A stretch of 64,000 nt of DNA from contig OZ253463.1 in NCBI GenBank assembly GCA_965261635.1, forward strand, positions 811,879 through 875,878. The letters are read 5' to 3'. Within the stretch, counting starts at the first letter, position 1. The number at the start of each line of letters is the position of its first letter. The notes under the pieces were generated by a model that was not told where the DNA came from, did not search any database, and was given only the letters and a program-made list of their open reading frames with translations. Of this stretch, positions 49,060 through 59,529 are shown piece after piece. Origin of the DNA: Chloroflexota bacterium. GTDB lineage: Bacteria > Chloroflexota > UBA11872 > VXOZ01. Made by a program: the position numbers and the translations under genes.

Positions 49060-49521
49060 GTGCAGTCTATGCGTGTCGTCTTGCTCAAGGATGTGTCCGA
49101 ATTGGGTCAGGCAGGCGAGGTAAAGGATGTTGCCGACGGCCATGCGCGCAACTACCTCATCCCTCGCGGCTTTGCCCAGATGGCGACCAAGGGCGCGGAG
49201 CGCTTGTGGGATGAACAGAAGTCGGCTACAGTACGGCGCGCGGCGACCGAGCGGCAGGAGGCCGCGGAAACCGCCGCCAAACTGAGCGGCGCGACCGTTG
49301 TGGTCACAGCGCGCGTCGGCGAACAGGACCGCCTCTATGGATCTGTTACCGGTCAACATATTGCCGAGGCCATCAAAGAACAGACTGATTTCGAGATCGA
49401 CCGGCATGCTCTTGAAATAGAGCAGCCGATTCGCGACCTGGGTACCTATACCGTTTCGATCAAGCTCGGATATGCCGTGGAAGCGGCGATTTCGGTGGAA
49501 GTGCAAAAAGAGGAAGCGTAA
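49060..49521 (+). CDS. rplI: 50S ribosomal protein L9
   Basis: MRVVLLKDVSELGQAGEVKDVADGHARNYLIPRGFA. Confidence 0.9.
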   Translation: MQSMRVVLLKDVSELGQAGEVKDVADGHARNYLIPRGFAQMATKGAERLWDEQKSATVRRAATERQEAAETAAKLSGATVVVTARVGEQDRLYGSVTGQHIAEAIKEQTDFEIDRHALEIEQPIRDLGTYTVSIKLGYAVEAAISVEVQKEEA

Positions 49522-50895
49522 GTGGCGGCCGACTTCGTCGCAAACACCAATACTGAGCGCCTGCCCCCGCAGAACATCGAGGCGGAGCAAGCGGTATTGG
49601 GCAGCATGCTCATCGATTCTGAGGCCGTGGAGCGTGTCGCGCAGTTTCTTCAGCCTGAAGATTTCTACCGGCAAGCGCACCAACACATCTTCCGTGCAGG
49701 GATCGCGCTGTACGAGCGCCGTGAGCCGAGGGACTTCGTGACCGTCTGCGATGAGCTGCAACGGATGCAGCAGCTTGATGAGGTCGGCGGCGAGAGTTAC
49801 ATTGCTTCTCTCGTCAATGTTACGCCAACGTCGGTGCATGCGGAACACTACGGGCACATCGTCGAACGCTGCGCGGTGATGCGGCGCATCATCAGTGCCG
49901 CTAGCGAAATCGCAGCGATTGGCTACGATACGCAGCTCGACGTTGAAGATGCTTTGGATCGGGCGGAGCAAGTGCTCTTCGGTCTCGCCCGTCACGCCGC
50001 AGACCAAGACTTCGTGCACATTCGCCCCATAGTGGACGAATACTGGGAAAAGCTGACAGGTGCCCGGCACGGCGAGCAGGCAGCGCCCGGCATTCGTTCG
50101 GGGTTCAAGGGCCTCGACCGTCTCACGGCCGGATTGCAACGATCGGATCTGATCATCATTGCCGGTCGGCCCTCCACCGGCAAGACCACTTTGGCACTTA
50201 ACATTGCAAGTAAGCTCGCTATCATGGAGCCTAAAGTGCCGGTGGGCATCTTCAGCCTGGAGATGTCCGCCGAACAGCTCGCGCAAAGGTTTCTCTGCAT
50301 GCTCGCCCGAGTTGACTCTCACCGTCTCCGTTTGGGCGAACTGACTGACAGAGAATGGGAGAACCTGACCGGCACGGTTGGAGCTTTGACTGAGGCGCCG
50401 ATCTACGTGGATGACAGCGGCTTTCTCAATTCCATGGACTTGCGCACGAAAGCGCGACGACTCCAAGCGAGAGCAAACATCGGCCTGCTCGTCGTGGATT
50501 ACCTGCAACTCATCCAAGGCCGCCGCGGCGGCGAAAACCGCGTGCAGGAAATCTCAGAGATTTCCCGCTCGCTCAAGGCACTGGCACGCGAACTCAATAT
50601 TCCCGTGATCGCGCTCTCGCAGCTCTCACGCGCCGTGGAACAACGGGAGAATCACCGACCGATGCTCTCTGACCTGCGCGAATCGGGCGCCTTGGAACAA
50701 GACTCCGACTTGGTGATGTTCGTTTACCGCGACGAGATGTATGACGAGGACTCGCCGCGCAAGGGGGAGGCGGACATCATCCTGGCCAAACACCGTAACG
50801 GGCCTACGGGAACGGTGACTCTAAAGTTCCTAAACCAGTATTTCGCGTTTGAAGATAAGCCGGAGCCGCAACAGACGAACGGCGCGCCATTCTAA
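49522..50895 (+). CDS. dnaB: Replicative DNA helicase DnaB
   Basis: N-terminal PPQNIEAEQAVLGSML, Walker A GRPSTGKTT, the C-terminal RecA-like domain, and canonical rplI-dnaB synteny. GTG start abuts the rplI stop. Confidence 0.9.
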   Translation: MAADFVANTNTERLPPQNIEAEQAVLGSMLIDSEAVERVAQFLQPEDFYRQAHQHIFRAGIALYERREPRDFVTVCDELQRMQQLDEVGGESYIASLVNVTPTSVHAEHYGHIVERCAVMRRIISAASEIAAIGYDTQLDVEDALDRAEQVLFGLARHAADQDFVHIRPIVDEYWEKLTGARHGEQAAPGIRSGFKGLDRLTAGLQRSDLIIIAGRPSTGKTTLALNIASKLAIMEPKVPVGIFSLEMSAEQLAQRFLCMLARVDSHRLRLGELTDREWENLTGTVGALTEAPIYVDDSGFLNSMDLRTKARRLQARANIGLLVVDYLQLIQGRRGGENRVQEISEISRSLKALARELNIPVIALSQLSRAVEQRENHRPMLSDLRESGALEQDSDLVMFVYRDEMYDEDSPRKGEADIILAKHRNGPTGTVTLKFLNQYFAFEDKPEPQQTNGAPF

Positions 50896-51057
50896 CGGGG
50901 CCCGCGGCTGCGGTTTGCCGGCGCCGTCAATTGCGAGCGGCCTACAGCCAGGGCGAGTCGCGTGGCGGTGGAACGAAGAGAGTGCCCGGCAAATTTTGCG
51001 TACGGTTGGCTGATCCCAGCTATCCAGGCCGCGTAGGACGACGGTAGGTTCCATTCC

Positions 51058-51852
51058 ATGAATACGATTCGCATTGGGCTCGCGCCACTGAAACAGCCGG
51101 ATTCCGTGCTGCACGGCGTCGAGAAGATTGACGCAGTGCTCGCCGCGTGCGCGGACGAACAGGTTGGCATCGTTTGCTTTCCGGAAGCCTATCTGCCCGG
51201 TCTGCGCGGGGCGAGCTTCGACCTGCCGGCTGTAGATCAACCGGTTATGGAGGAAGCGCTCAAGCGCCTGCGCGCTGCCTGCCGCGCCCACCACGTAGCG
51301 GCAATAGTTGGGCTGGAGTGGGAGAGCGAACTGGGACTAGAGAATCGCGCCGTGGTGATCTCCGCTGCCGGCCGCGTGCTGGGTTACCAGACGAAGAATC
51401 AAATCACACCGGGCGGCGAATCGAGAAACTACGTGCCGGACGGCAAGCGGCGTATCTTTCGTGCTGCGGGCGTGGTGTTCGGCATCACTATCTGCCATGA
51501 AGGGTGGCGGTACCCGGAGACTGTGCGCTGGCCGGCCGTACGCGGCGCGCGCATCGTCTTCCAACCGCAGGTCACCGGCAGCGGCAAGCAAGGCAAGGCG
51601 CTCACCACGTGGGGCGAGTGCTTTTACGAAAAAGCCATGCAATGCCGCGCTGCAGAGAATGCCATCTACTTTGCCAGTGTCAACCAAGCCATGCGTTATC
51701 AAAACTCCGCGACAAGCCTCATCGACCCCCAGGGCAACTTGATCGCGTCCGTTCCCTACGGCAAAGAAGACCTCCTCATCGCCGACCTGGACTTGACCAA
51801 GGCGACGCGGTTCTACGCCCGCCGCTACAATCCGGCGTGGTATCCGGAATAG
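51058..51852 (+). CDS. Carbon-nitrogen hydrolase (nitrilase superfamily) protein
   Basis: Catalytic E-K-C triad context (CFPE..., ICHEGW, RARENAIYF). Confidence 0.75.
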   Translation: MNTIRIGLAPLKQPDSVLHGVEKIDAVLAACADEQVGIVCFPEAYLPGLRGASFDLPAVDQPVMEEALKRLRAACRAHHVAAIVGLEWESELGLENRAVVISAAGRVLGYQTKNQITPGGESRNYVPDGKRRIFRAAGVVFGITICHEGWRYPETVRWPAVRGARIVFQPQVTGSGKQGKALTTWGECFYEKAMQCRAAENAIYFASVNQAMRYQNSATSLIDPQGNLIASVPYGKEDLLIADLDLTKATRFYARRYNPAWYPE

Positions 51853-51915
51853 GTGTTGGCAATACTGTCTTGGCGAAATACCTGCGGTTGATTGTCACAG
51901 TACAGGGGCAAGAGG

Positions 51916-52188
51916 ATGTCGACGCCAGTCAATCAATACAGGCCGGACTATGCGGTCGCTCCGGGCTCGGTGTTGGAAGACTATCTTGAGACACGGGGCA
52001 TTTCACAGGCTGAATGTTCCCGACTGTGCGGCTGCTCGCCCAAGCTCATCAGCGACATAGTCGCCGGTGTGGCTCCTGTAAGCCTAGAGACTGCGCTGCA
52101 ATTTGAGAGAGTTTTAGGTCTCAATGCATCCGTGTGGTTAGGGATAGAAGCCGAATATCGGCTTCACCAAGAGCGAATGGTCGGGTAG
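51916..52188 (+). CDS. HigA-family HTH (XRE) antitoxin-like protein, orphan
   Basis: HTH region ISQAECSRLCGCSPKLISDIVAGVAPVSLETALQFERVLG is typical of HigA. There is no adjacent toxin. Confidence 0.6.
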   Translation: MSTPVNQYRPDYAVAPGSVLEDYLETRGISQAECSRLCGCSPKLISDIVAGVAPVSLETALQFERVLGLNASVWLGIEAEYRLHQERMVG

Positions 52189-52231
52189 CTTGCTTTCGCC
52201 GACGGCAGGGGCGTGGTTTGGAAGCACTTGT

Positions 52232-52717
52232 TTACGTTCTGCCTGTTAATCGCGGCAGGCCGGCTGCGGTGAGAATGGCTTCTTCTTGCGCGCGCATCTT
52301 CATGTGGTCGGTTTCTTCGGAATGAACGTGCCCAATGAGGTGCAGGAAGCCGTGGACGAACAGGTAGGCGAGTTCGCGCTCCTCCTTATGGTCGTAGGCT
52401 GCGGCCTGCGCTTGGACGCGAGGCATGGAAATCGCAATGTCTCCCAGGCATTCTCCGCCGTCCGCCGGTAGCGCCGGTTTGAAACCTGCGTTCTCTAGCA
52501 ATGTATCGCGTTGGGGGAATGAGAGCACGTCCGTGGGGGCATTCTGGTGGCGGTAAGTGCGATTCAGCACCTTTAGGCGTGCATCGTCGGTAAGCAATAC
52601 CGTGACCTCGACAAACGCGGGCGTGTTAGTAGTCCTGCAGGCTACCTTGAAAACGCGCTCGAGCAGCGCGCGCTGGGCCGGACATTCAGCTACGTCTTCC
52701 CACAGGATCGTCAGCAT
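52232..52717 (-). CDS. ybeY: rRNA maturation endoribonuclease YbeY
   Basis: Zinc-binding motif HGFLHLIGHVH. Start is probably MLTILWEDV; the ORF track extends to 52798. Confidence 0.8.
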   Translation of the reverse strand: MLTILWEDVAECPAQRALLERVFKVACRTTNTPAFVEVTVLLTDDARLKVLNRTYRHQNAPTDVLSFPQRDTLLENAGFKPALPADGGECLGDIAISMPRVQAQAAAYDHKEERELAYLFVHGFLHLIGHVHSEETDHMKMRAQEEAILTAAGLPRLTGRT

Positions 52718-53937
52718 GCCGCGTCTGATTGCGCGCCGCCCCGTCGGCGCCACGCCTGATGATAGACTGCCAAGAGCTTTGACGTGGCGCCGGACCAAGA
52801 ACGCTCCTGCTCCGCCTTAGCGCGCAGCACGTGCCCCAACCGGCGACGGTGATCGATGTCATCCAGGAGCCCGCGCAACTTTTCAGCCAGGGATTCTGGA
52901 TCGCCCACAGCCGCGTAGACGCCGTGTTCACCGAGTATCTCCTGTGCCACCGGTGTCGCAAACGTCACCGTGGGCAGCCCGCAGGCCATGTAGTTGAGCA
53001 GCTTGCCGTTCCCTTCGGTCTCCGAGAGTTTCGGTGAAACGGCCACGTCGCCGATTGCCAGGTAATAGGGCGCCTCGGCGTAGGGGATGCGGCCGGGAAA
53101 GGTCGTATGCTCGGCGATGCCCATGCGCTGGGCGACACTTTGGTAGTAGTGGTGTCCCGGGTATCCCATGATCAGAAAGTGGGTCTGCGGACGTACGGCG
53201 ACGAGGGACTTGGCAGCCTGCAGCAGGTGTGAAATCCCTTGATATTCCGCTAGAAGGCCCAGGAAAACAACCACGTCGCGCTCCGGCGGAATCTCGAATT
53301 TGCGACGGAGCGTAGCGGCTCTATCTGCCACGGCGGCATCCGTCCAACCCGGCTTGAACTTTGTGGGATCGACGCAATCCGCCACCGTCGTCACACGTTC
53401 CGGTGAGATGGCAAAGTCGTCTACGAGCAGGTCCGCGGCGTTCGCTGAACTGGTGATGATATGGTCCGCAAAGCGATTGATGGTCCGTTCGGCACGGTCG
53501 AGCAGAGGCAGCAGCGGACTGTTCTTCCTAAGGAAGTTGTGGTCGATCATCTCGCGGGTCAGGCTGCCTTGAAAATCGAAGACGAGGGGGGATCGGGTGG
53601 CTTTGCTGACGATACTGCCGACGAGCGCGCCTTCGTGCAGATGCCCGTGCACGATGTCCACGGGACGCTTTCGGGCCCATGCCAGCGCGCGGGCAGCCAA
53701 CAGGGCGTCGAAATAGAGCTTGTGCCAGTGCGAGCCGACGCGCACATCGCCGTGCCAGGGAATGCGCGGGATCCGGATCACCGACAGGCCGGGAGGCGTT
53801 GTACCCGTGTGGTAGGTAGCAACGGTGAGATGGTGCCCCCGGGCCTGCAGGCCGCGCGCCTCCTCCAGAATGCGCACATGGCAGCCGTAGTCGGCGAAGA
53901 ACGAAGTGGGGGCAATCTTCAGGATGTGGTAGCCCAC
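52711..53937 (-). CDS. Glycosyltransferase family 4 (GT-B, GT1/GT4-type)
   Basis: N-terminal glycosyltransferase_4 domain and a C-terminal EX7E-like region (ETEGNGKLLNYMACGLPTV). Confidence 0.75.
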   Translation of the reverse strand: MGYHILKIAPTSFFADYGCHVRILEEARGLQARGHHLTVATYHTGTTPPGLSVIRIPRIPWHGDVRVGSHWHKLYFDALLAARALAWARKRPVDIVHGHLHEGALVGSIVSKATRSPLVFDFQGSLTREMIDHNFLRKNSPLLPLLDRAERTINRFADHIITSSANAADLLVDDFAISPERVTTVADCVDPTKFKPGWTDAAVADRAATLRRKFEIPPERDVVVFLGLLAEYQGISHLLQAAKSLVAVRPQTHFLIMGYPGHHYYQSVAQRMGIAEHTTFPGRIPYAEAPYYLAIGDVAVSPKLSETEGNGKLLNYMACGLPTVTFATPVAQEILGEHGVYAAVGDPESLAEKLRGLLDDIDHRRRLGHVLRAKAEQERSWSGATSKLLAVYHQAWRRRGGAQSDAAC

Positions 53938-53940
53938 GGG

Positions 53941-54675
53941 TCAGCTCCGGGTCGGACGCGGTTCGCGCAAGAGGCGCCACCGCAGCCGCAACACCTCCCG
54001 GATTGCGCGCAGAATCACGCGTAGGCTGCCGCCGGTATTCTCGCCGGCGTGACGGGGCAGATGGCTGATGGAAACTTCCCCGACACGGAAACCGGCGCGC
54101 TTGGCTTGGACGAGAATTTCAATGTTGAAGACCGCGCCTGCCGCCTTTACGTCGAGTGTGTCCACCACCTCGCGCCGAAAGATCTTGCAGCCGCAGTCCA
54201 TGTCGTGCACTACGAACCCAAAGAGGGTGCGGTTGAGGAGGTTCCAAAGCAGCGCAAAGAACAAACGATGTGAGGGGTCTTTGCGCTGAACGCGATGGCC
54301 GACCACGACATCGTAGGAGTCCAGTGCCTTGAGCATCGGCACAATATCGGCCGTGCGGTACTGTGAGTCGGAGTCGCGCCAGCCGACGATCTCCATCTTG
54401 GCAGCCTTCAGTCCTGTCCAAATAGCAGAACCGTAGCCGCGAATCGGCTGATGTATGAGCAGGATGCGCGCATTCTCTGACTGGAGCTGACGGACGATAT
54501 CCGCCGTATTATCCGTGCTGTCATTGTCAACGACAATGACCTCGTAGTCCTGCGCGACCCGTCGCAGGGTTTGTACACAGTCATCCACCGTAGATGCAAT
54601 GTTGTCCGCCTCATTAAGCGCAGGCAGCACGAGGGAGACGGTCAATGCGGGCATCGCGGGTGCTTTTGTAGACAT
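53941..54675 (-). CDS. Glycosyltransferase family 2 (polyprenyl-phosphate sugar synthase, DPM1-like)
   Basis: LVLPALNEADNI and VIVVDNDSTDNT motifs. DxD as WRDSD. Confidence 0.8.
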   Translation of the reverse strand: MSTKAPAMPALTVSLVLPALNEADNIASTVDDCVQTLRRVAQDYEVIVVDNDSTDNTADIVRQLQSENARILLIHQPIRGYGSAIWTGLKAAKMEIVGWRDSDSQYRTADIVPMLKALDSYDVVVGHRVQRKDPSHRLFFALLWNLLNRTLFGFVVHDMDCGCKIFRREVVDTLDVKAAGAVFNIEILVQAKRAGFRVGEVSISHLPRHAGENTGGSLRVILRAIREVLRLRWRLLREPRPTRS

Positions 54676-54872
54676 AAGTGAATTATACTACGCTTCCATA
54701 ACGAGGCAAATCACAAGAGAATTCTGTCGAACCGGTTCTTCTGTTCGTCTTGGAGCTCATGGAGCGCATGTAACCCCATTGATATCGCGTAGGTTATCGC
54801 AAGCCAAGGCCTTGGTCAAACAGTTGGTTCCTCCGTGCGAGTGATACTCCACTAGAAGATGTGCCCATACGC

Positions 54873-56297
54873 CTAATACGCTCCCTTGCCGCGCAGCACG
54901 ATCCAAATCGTCTTCCAAAGTATGATTAGATCGAGGAGCGGCGAATAGTTCTGGATATAGTATAGGTCGTACTGCACGTTGTGATGCAGAGGCAGATCGC
55001 TCCTGCCGTTGATCTGCCACCAGCCCGTCATGCCCGGCGCCACGGCGAGGCGCTGGCGCTGCCACGGCTCATAGCGTTCAACCATCCACGGCAACTCCGG
55101 ACGCGGCCCTACCAGGCTCATCTCTCCCTTGAGCACGTTGAAGAGGTTGGGGAGTTCGTCCAAGCTCGTCCTACGCAGCAAGCGGCCCGTACGCGTTACC
55201 CGCGAATCATGTCGCGGCTTGTATATTTCCTCCAGTTGCGCCCCCTGGGCGATTTTTTCCTCGATCTGGCGTTCGGCGTCGGCGACCATCGTACGGAATT
55301 TGTACATCATGAAGTGTCTGCCGTTTTCGCCGACGCGGCGCTGCCTGAAGATTACCGGGCCCGGAGAATCGAGCTTTGTAGCAAGCGCAATGACAATCAT
55401 GAGCGGCGTCAACACGACAACCGCCAGGGTGGCAAGCACAAGATCGAACACACGTTTCACCACCCTGTCCAAGCCCGCAATGGCCGGATCGCGAATGCCG
55501 ATGAGGGGGATGCCGTTCAGGTCTTCGACTTGGGCTCGTGCTGTTGCCAATTCAAGCAGATCGGGCACGATGCGCACCCGCACGGGGAGTGCAGCCAGCA
55601 TTTCCACGGCCGCAACCATCTGCTCGTGTTCTCTTGCAGAGAGAGCTATGATCACTTCTTCGACACGCAGGTCTGCCACGAGCCGCGGCAGCTCAGCCAT
55701 CGTACCCAGAAGACGAATACTGTCGTCATCCGGCTTGTCTGCTGCATCGAGGCCGACGACACCGAGGGGCTGAAGGAACATCCAATGCCGCTCACGGAGT
55801 AATACAATGATCTCTCTTGCGATTTCACCGGTGCCGATTATGAGCACCGGCCGTTGTGCTTCCCAGTCTGCCAGCACCGTACGGAGCACTAACCGCACTA
55901 TCCACCGCAGGTTTACGAGCAACGCAAGGTTTATGGCGTAGAAGTAAACGGTTATCAAGCGGGAGAAGAACTCATCGTAGAAGAAGAGAAAGGCACTAAA
56001 GACCACGGTGGCGACGGTTACGGCGATGAGCAGCGATTGCACTTCCAGGAAGAAGCTATGGGCTCGTCGCTCATCGTAGACGCCGAAGTACCAGAGGAAG
56101 AATGCCCAGATGAACAGCGTCCCCACAAAGACGCCGGGAGCGAGGAAAACTTGGCTGGCGGCAAACCCTGGATTGCCAAAGGGAACAGCCGGCAAGGTGC
56201 GCCGCAGCCAATCTGCCAGCAAGAGCGCGCCCATTGTTAGGAGCAGGTCGAGAATGAAAATCGCTGCGACGAACTGAAATCGCGACTGCTTAAGCAC
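54873..56297 (-). CDS. Undecaprenyl-phosphate sugar phosphotransferase (bacterial sugar transferase, WbaP/EpsB-like initiating enzyme)
   Basis: N-terminal TM helices, a CoA-binding-like middle region, and the C-terminal Bac_transf domain (PGMTGWWQINGRSDL, conserved KFRTM). Confidence 0.8.
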   Translation of the reverse strand: MLKQSRFQFVAAIFILDLLLTMGALLLADWLRRTLPAVPFGNPGFAASQVFLAPGVFVGTLFIWAFFLWYFGVYDERRAHSFFLEVQSLLIAVTVATVVFSAFLFFYDEFFSRLITVYFYAINLALLVNLRWIVRLVLRTVLADWEAQRPVLIIGTGEIAREIIVLLRERHWMFLQPLGVVGLDAADKPDDDSIRLLGTMAELPRLVADLRVEEVIIALSAREHEQMVAAVEMLAALPVRVRIVPDLLELATARAQVEDLNGIPLIGIRDPAIAGLDRVVKRVFDLVLATLAVVVLTPLMIVIALATKLDSPGPVIFRQRRVGENGRHFMMYKFRTMVADAERQIEEKIAQGAQLEEIYKPRHDSRVTRTGRLLRRTSLDELPNLFNVLKGEMSLVGPRPELPWMVERYEPWQRQRLAVAPGMTGWWQINGRSDLPLHHNVQYDLYYIQNYSPLLDLIILWKTIWIVLRGKGAY

Positions 56298-56318
56298 AGA
56301 TTACGCTACTCCTCTGCA

Positions 56319-57509
56319 TCAACATGGTCGCCCTTCGCCCGCCGGCGTGTTGTGAAGAACGCTCAAGTAGAGTTCTCCGGTTAGGTCCAGCATACGCTGC
56401 CGGGAAAAACGAGTTTCCACAGCGTGCAATGCGCTCTCTCCAAGCTCTTGTGCACGCGCGCTATTGCGCAGAAGCTCGTGGACGTGGGTTGCCAGTGACT
56501 CTACATCTCCAACGGGCGCAAGCATACCAGTTCTATTATGCTCCAGAATATCACAGGTGCCTACTGCGGCCGTTGCAACTATTGGCTTTGCCAATGCCAT
56601 CGCTTCCAGGATACTGAACGGCATGCCTTCCCAGCGAGAGGTGAGCAGGAACACGTCAAGCAATCGTACCAAGCCGAGGGCGTCGGCGCGATAGCCGAGG
56701 AAGTGCACCTGTTCCGACAGGCCGAGCGCTGCTGCTTGGGCACGAATGGCGCTCTCCTGCGGGCCGCCGTGACCGATCCAAAGGAAGTGCGCGTCCGGCA
56801 GGCGTGCATGGAGGCGCTGAATGACCGCCAACGTGTCTTCCGGCGCTTTCTGAGGAATGAAGCGCGCGAGTGTGCCGACAAGCGGCGCGTTTTGCGGAAT
56901 GCCGAATGCTGCGCGGTCGGGCGAGTCTTGTGCGCGTTGCTGAATCTCGCGTGCATCGACGCCGTTCTCGATGAGCGCTACACGATCTTCGGAGGCAACA
57001 CCGTACCGGATCGCCACGTCGCGTTCGGAGGCCGAGAGCGCCACGAGCCGGTCGGTAAGGCGCCCGGCGAATCGCTCCAGACCCAAGTAGAATTGCCGCC
57101 CCAAACCGGTACTGCCGAGGAAATAGAAGCCCTGGGGGGAATGGATAATCTTCGCGCCGGTTGCCATGCGGCCCACGACTCTGCCCAAAATCCCGGCTTT
57201 CGAGCTATGGGTATGGATGATGTCGAATTGCCCGAGGCGGACGAGTCGGTAAAGGATGCCCGCGGCACGCGCATCCTGCCACGGCCGCACGGCGCGTATC
57301 ATCGGCACCGGCAAGACCGGGATGCCGGCCTCGCGCAAGTCCGATACGAATGAGGTATCTCCTTGCGCCTCCGAGCGTACGAGAGGACAAGCCACTGCTA
57401 CGTCGAACGTTGAACTGTCCAGACCGGTGGCGAGGGTGTAACCGTGGCGCTTGGTGCCCCCTATGGTGGCCTCAAGTACGTGAAGCACACGCACGCGCTG
57501 CTGATTCAT
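56319..57509 (-). CDS. Glycosyltransferase family 4
   Basis: GT-B fold with the C-terminal EGMPFSILEAMALAKPIVAT motif. Confidence 0.75.
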   Translation of the reverse strand: MNQQRVRVLHVLEATIGGTKRHGYTLATGLDSSTFDVAVACPLVRSEAQGDTSFVSDLREAGIPVLPVPMIRAVRPWQDARAAGILYRLVRLGQFDIIHTHSSKAGILGRVVGRMATGAKIIHSPQGFYFLGSTGLGRQFYLGLERFAGRLTDRLVALSASERDVAIRYGVASEDRVALIENGVDAREIQQRAQDSPDRAAFGIPQNAPLVGTLARFIPQKAPEDTLAVIQRLHARLPDAHFLWIGHGGPQESAIRAQAAALGLSEQVHFLGYRADALGLVRLLDVFLLTSRWEGMPFSILEAMALAKPIVATAAVGTCDILEHNRTGMLAPVGDVESLATHVHELLRNSARAQELGESALHAVETRFSRQRMLDLTGELYLSVLHNTPAGEGRPC

Positions 57510-57725
57510 GAATGACTAGTCTGCGGTAGCGGTTTTCGTAGTTGCTGCAAGGGGCAAATCACGTCTGAGGCTATGTGGGACACGCCCTGTGAAACACTAT
57601 ATTAGCATACCATACGGTGGGTCGCTTCACGCCGCAAGCAGGTTGAGATAGCAACAACTGCATGCCGTTCTCACTTCGGGTGGCGCTAACAACCAGCCAG
57701 TACGGTATTGCATACCTCGGCCGGG

Positions 57726-58958
57726 CTAGCCCGGCACGTCCGACGTACTGGTCCCCTTACTGCAGGCGGCGTAGACTGCTACGGTCTTTGCTACCATAGC
57801 GGCCGCACTGAAGTGCGCGTGTACACGAGCATGCCCGGCTTTACCCATCTGCCGAGCCCGCGCGGGGTCTCGGATAAGCTCCAGCAACGCGCCCGCCAAG
57901 GCGGCGGGATCGTCGGGCGGGACGAGTAGCCCGGTTACGTTGTCTTCCACCACCTCGGGAATCGCGCTCACCCGTGTTGCCACGACCGGCTTTGCCGCAG
58001 CCATGGCTTCCAAGAATACCAGGCCGAATCCCTCCCAACGCGAGGCGAGCACAAAGCCGTCGGCTTGGGCGAGAAGGCGGTCGACATCGTGGCGGACGCC
58101 AAGAAACTTGACGTTTTCCGTGACTCCAAGCTCCGCGCTTAGGCTATGCAGCGACGAGAGATAGTCTTCTCCACCGTGTTGGGTATCGCCTGCGATCCAT
58201 AGTGTGAACTCGGGTTCCTCCTGCAGTACGCGGGCCGCGGCGTGAAGCAGAGTTTCATGACCCTTTTGGGGATCGAGTCGTCCGATGCTGATGAAGTGTG
58301 GCTTGGACTTTGCCTGGATAGTGTCTTGGAGGTCCGGCGGTGCATTCTGGGGCAAGACAATGCCGTAAGGGATATGCACGATGCTCGTTGCGGGCACGCG
58401 GCCGTGAGCGCGCATGAATTTTCCAACGTGCTCCGAAATGACGACAATGCGGGAGTTCAGACGTGAGATCAGGCCGTGGATAGTGCCAATCGTCGGATTC
58501 AGGAGCACGCGTTCGTCATTGTGCTTGGTACTGACAACAGGCACAGAAGCGAGCATGCCCGCCACTGCTCCCATGGCATCAGCCTTGAGGAGGTGAGTGT
58601 GGATGATCGAAAAGTTGCCCTCTTTGATGATGCGCAGCAGTTGCCAGAGCGCACGCGGAAGAGACGCTTTACCTAGCGGCACCTGGCGCACAGTCCCCAC
58701 GTGCGGCGCGAGTTCCGGCCGCATCGCAGGGTCTTTGAAGAAGACGACGTCGCTTTCCCAGCCGTGCGCCGCGAGGCCCGTCACCAGGGCTTTCAGGTGA
58801 TTTTGTGCGCCTCCAACCGCAAGCGAGGTGACAATGTGAAGAACCTTAGGCATAGGCTGTATTGTAGCGTTAAGCGGCAGAGATGGGCCGTTGGCATTGC
58901 CACACGTCGCCGCCTGCAAGGACTCGAGAGTGTTCCACCTTCCGCCGGCAGGTCCCAA
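57726..58958 (-). CDS. Glycosyltransferase family 4
   Basis: The HIVTSLAVGGAQNH N-terminus is typical of GT4. EGFGLVFLEAMAAAKPVVAT. The real start may be MPKVLHI at 58853. Confidence 0.75.
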   Translation of the reverse strand: MGPAGGRWNTLESLQAATCGNANGPSLPLNATIQPMPKVLHIVTSLAVGGAQNHLKALVTGLAAHGWESDVVFFKDPAMRPELAPHVGTVRQVPLGKASLPRALWQLLRIIKEGNFSIIHTHLLKADAMGAVAGMLASVPVVSTKHNDERVLLNPTIGTIHGLISRLNSRIVVISEHVGKFMRAHGRVPATSIVHIPYGIVLPQNAPPDLQDTIQAKSKPHFISIGRLDPQKGHETLLHAAARVLQEEPEFTLWIAGDTQHGGEDYLSSLHSLSAELGVTENVKFLGVRHDVDRLLAQADGFVLASRWEGFGLVFLEAMAAAKPVVATRVSAIPEVVEDNVTGLLVPPDDPAALAGALLELIRDPARARQMGKAGHARVHAHFSAAAMVAKTVAVYAACSKGTSTSDVPG

Positions 58959-59529
58959 CGCCCATGGGTGCTCGCCCTGAGAAGCGGCGACTAAGCGAGT
59001 CTTGGACTAAAACCGACACCGGCCCTTGGGGGAAAGGGCCGGTGTGGGTTGGTGCGAACAGGAGGAGTATTCAGGAAGAAAGCAGTATCAACAATCCGAG
59101 TTGCTGAGAATTAATGGGAATCCGTAGATGCCGCCATACGTGAGTTCGTAGGCAAACAGGCGGCGTGGTAGTGCCGCAATAAGACGGGAGGAAGTGGGAA
59201 TGTTGTCTACTAACAACAAAAGAGCTTCCTTGGCTTTGCCAGCCAAAAGCTCTCTCTATCGCCTACGAGGTTAGCTGTCGGGTTAGGGTGGAAAGAGTCA
59301 CCCTCCGCACGACGGCGGTTCACCCCAAAGTGCCGGGTCCCCCGCTCCGATATCGGACTTGGCGCGTTTCTTCAGTAAATACAGGATACCATGGTTTTCG
59401 CATGAATGCAAGGGCGAAATAGCGTAGATGAGCCCAAAAATTCAGATTTAAATCGCTTGGTAGCGGAAGCCAAGGCAAGAACTTGGGAATCTGCGTGCCG
59501 GTCGGGACACATCCGGTTCCGAAATGAGG

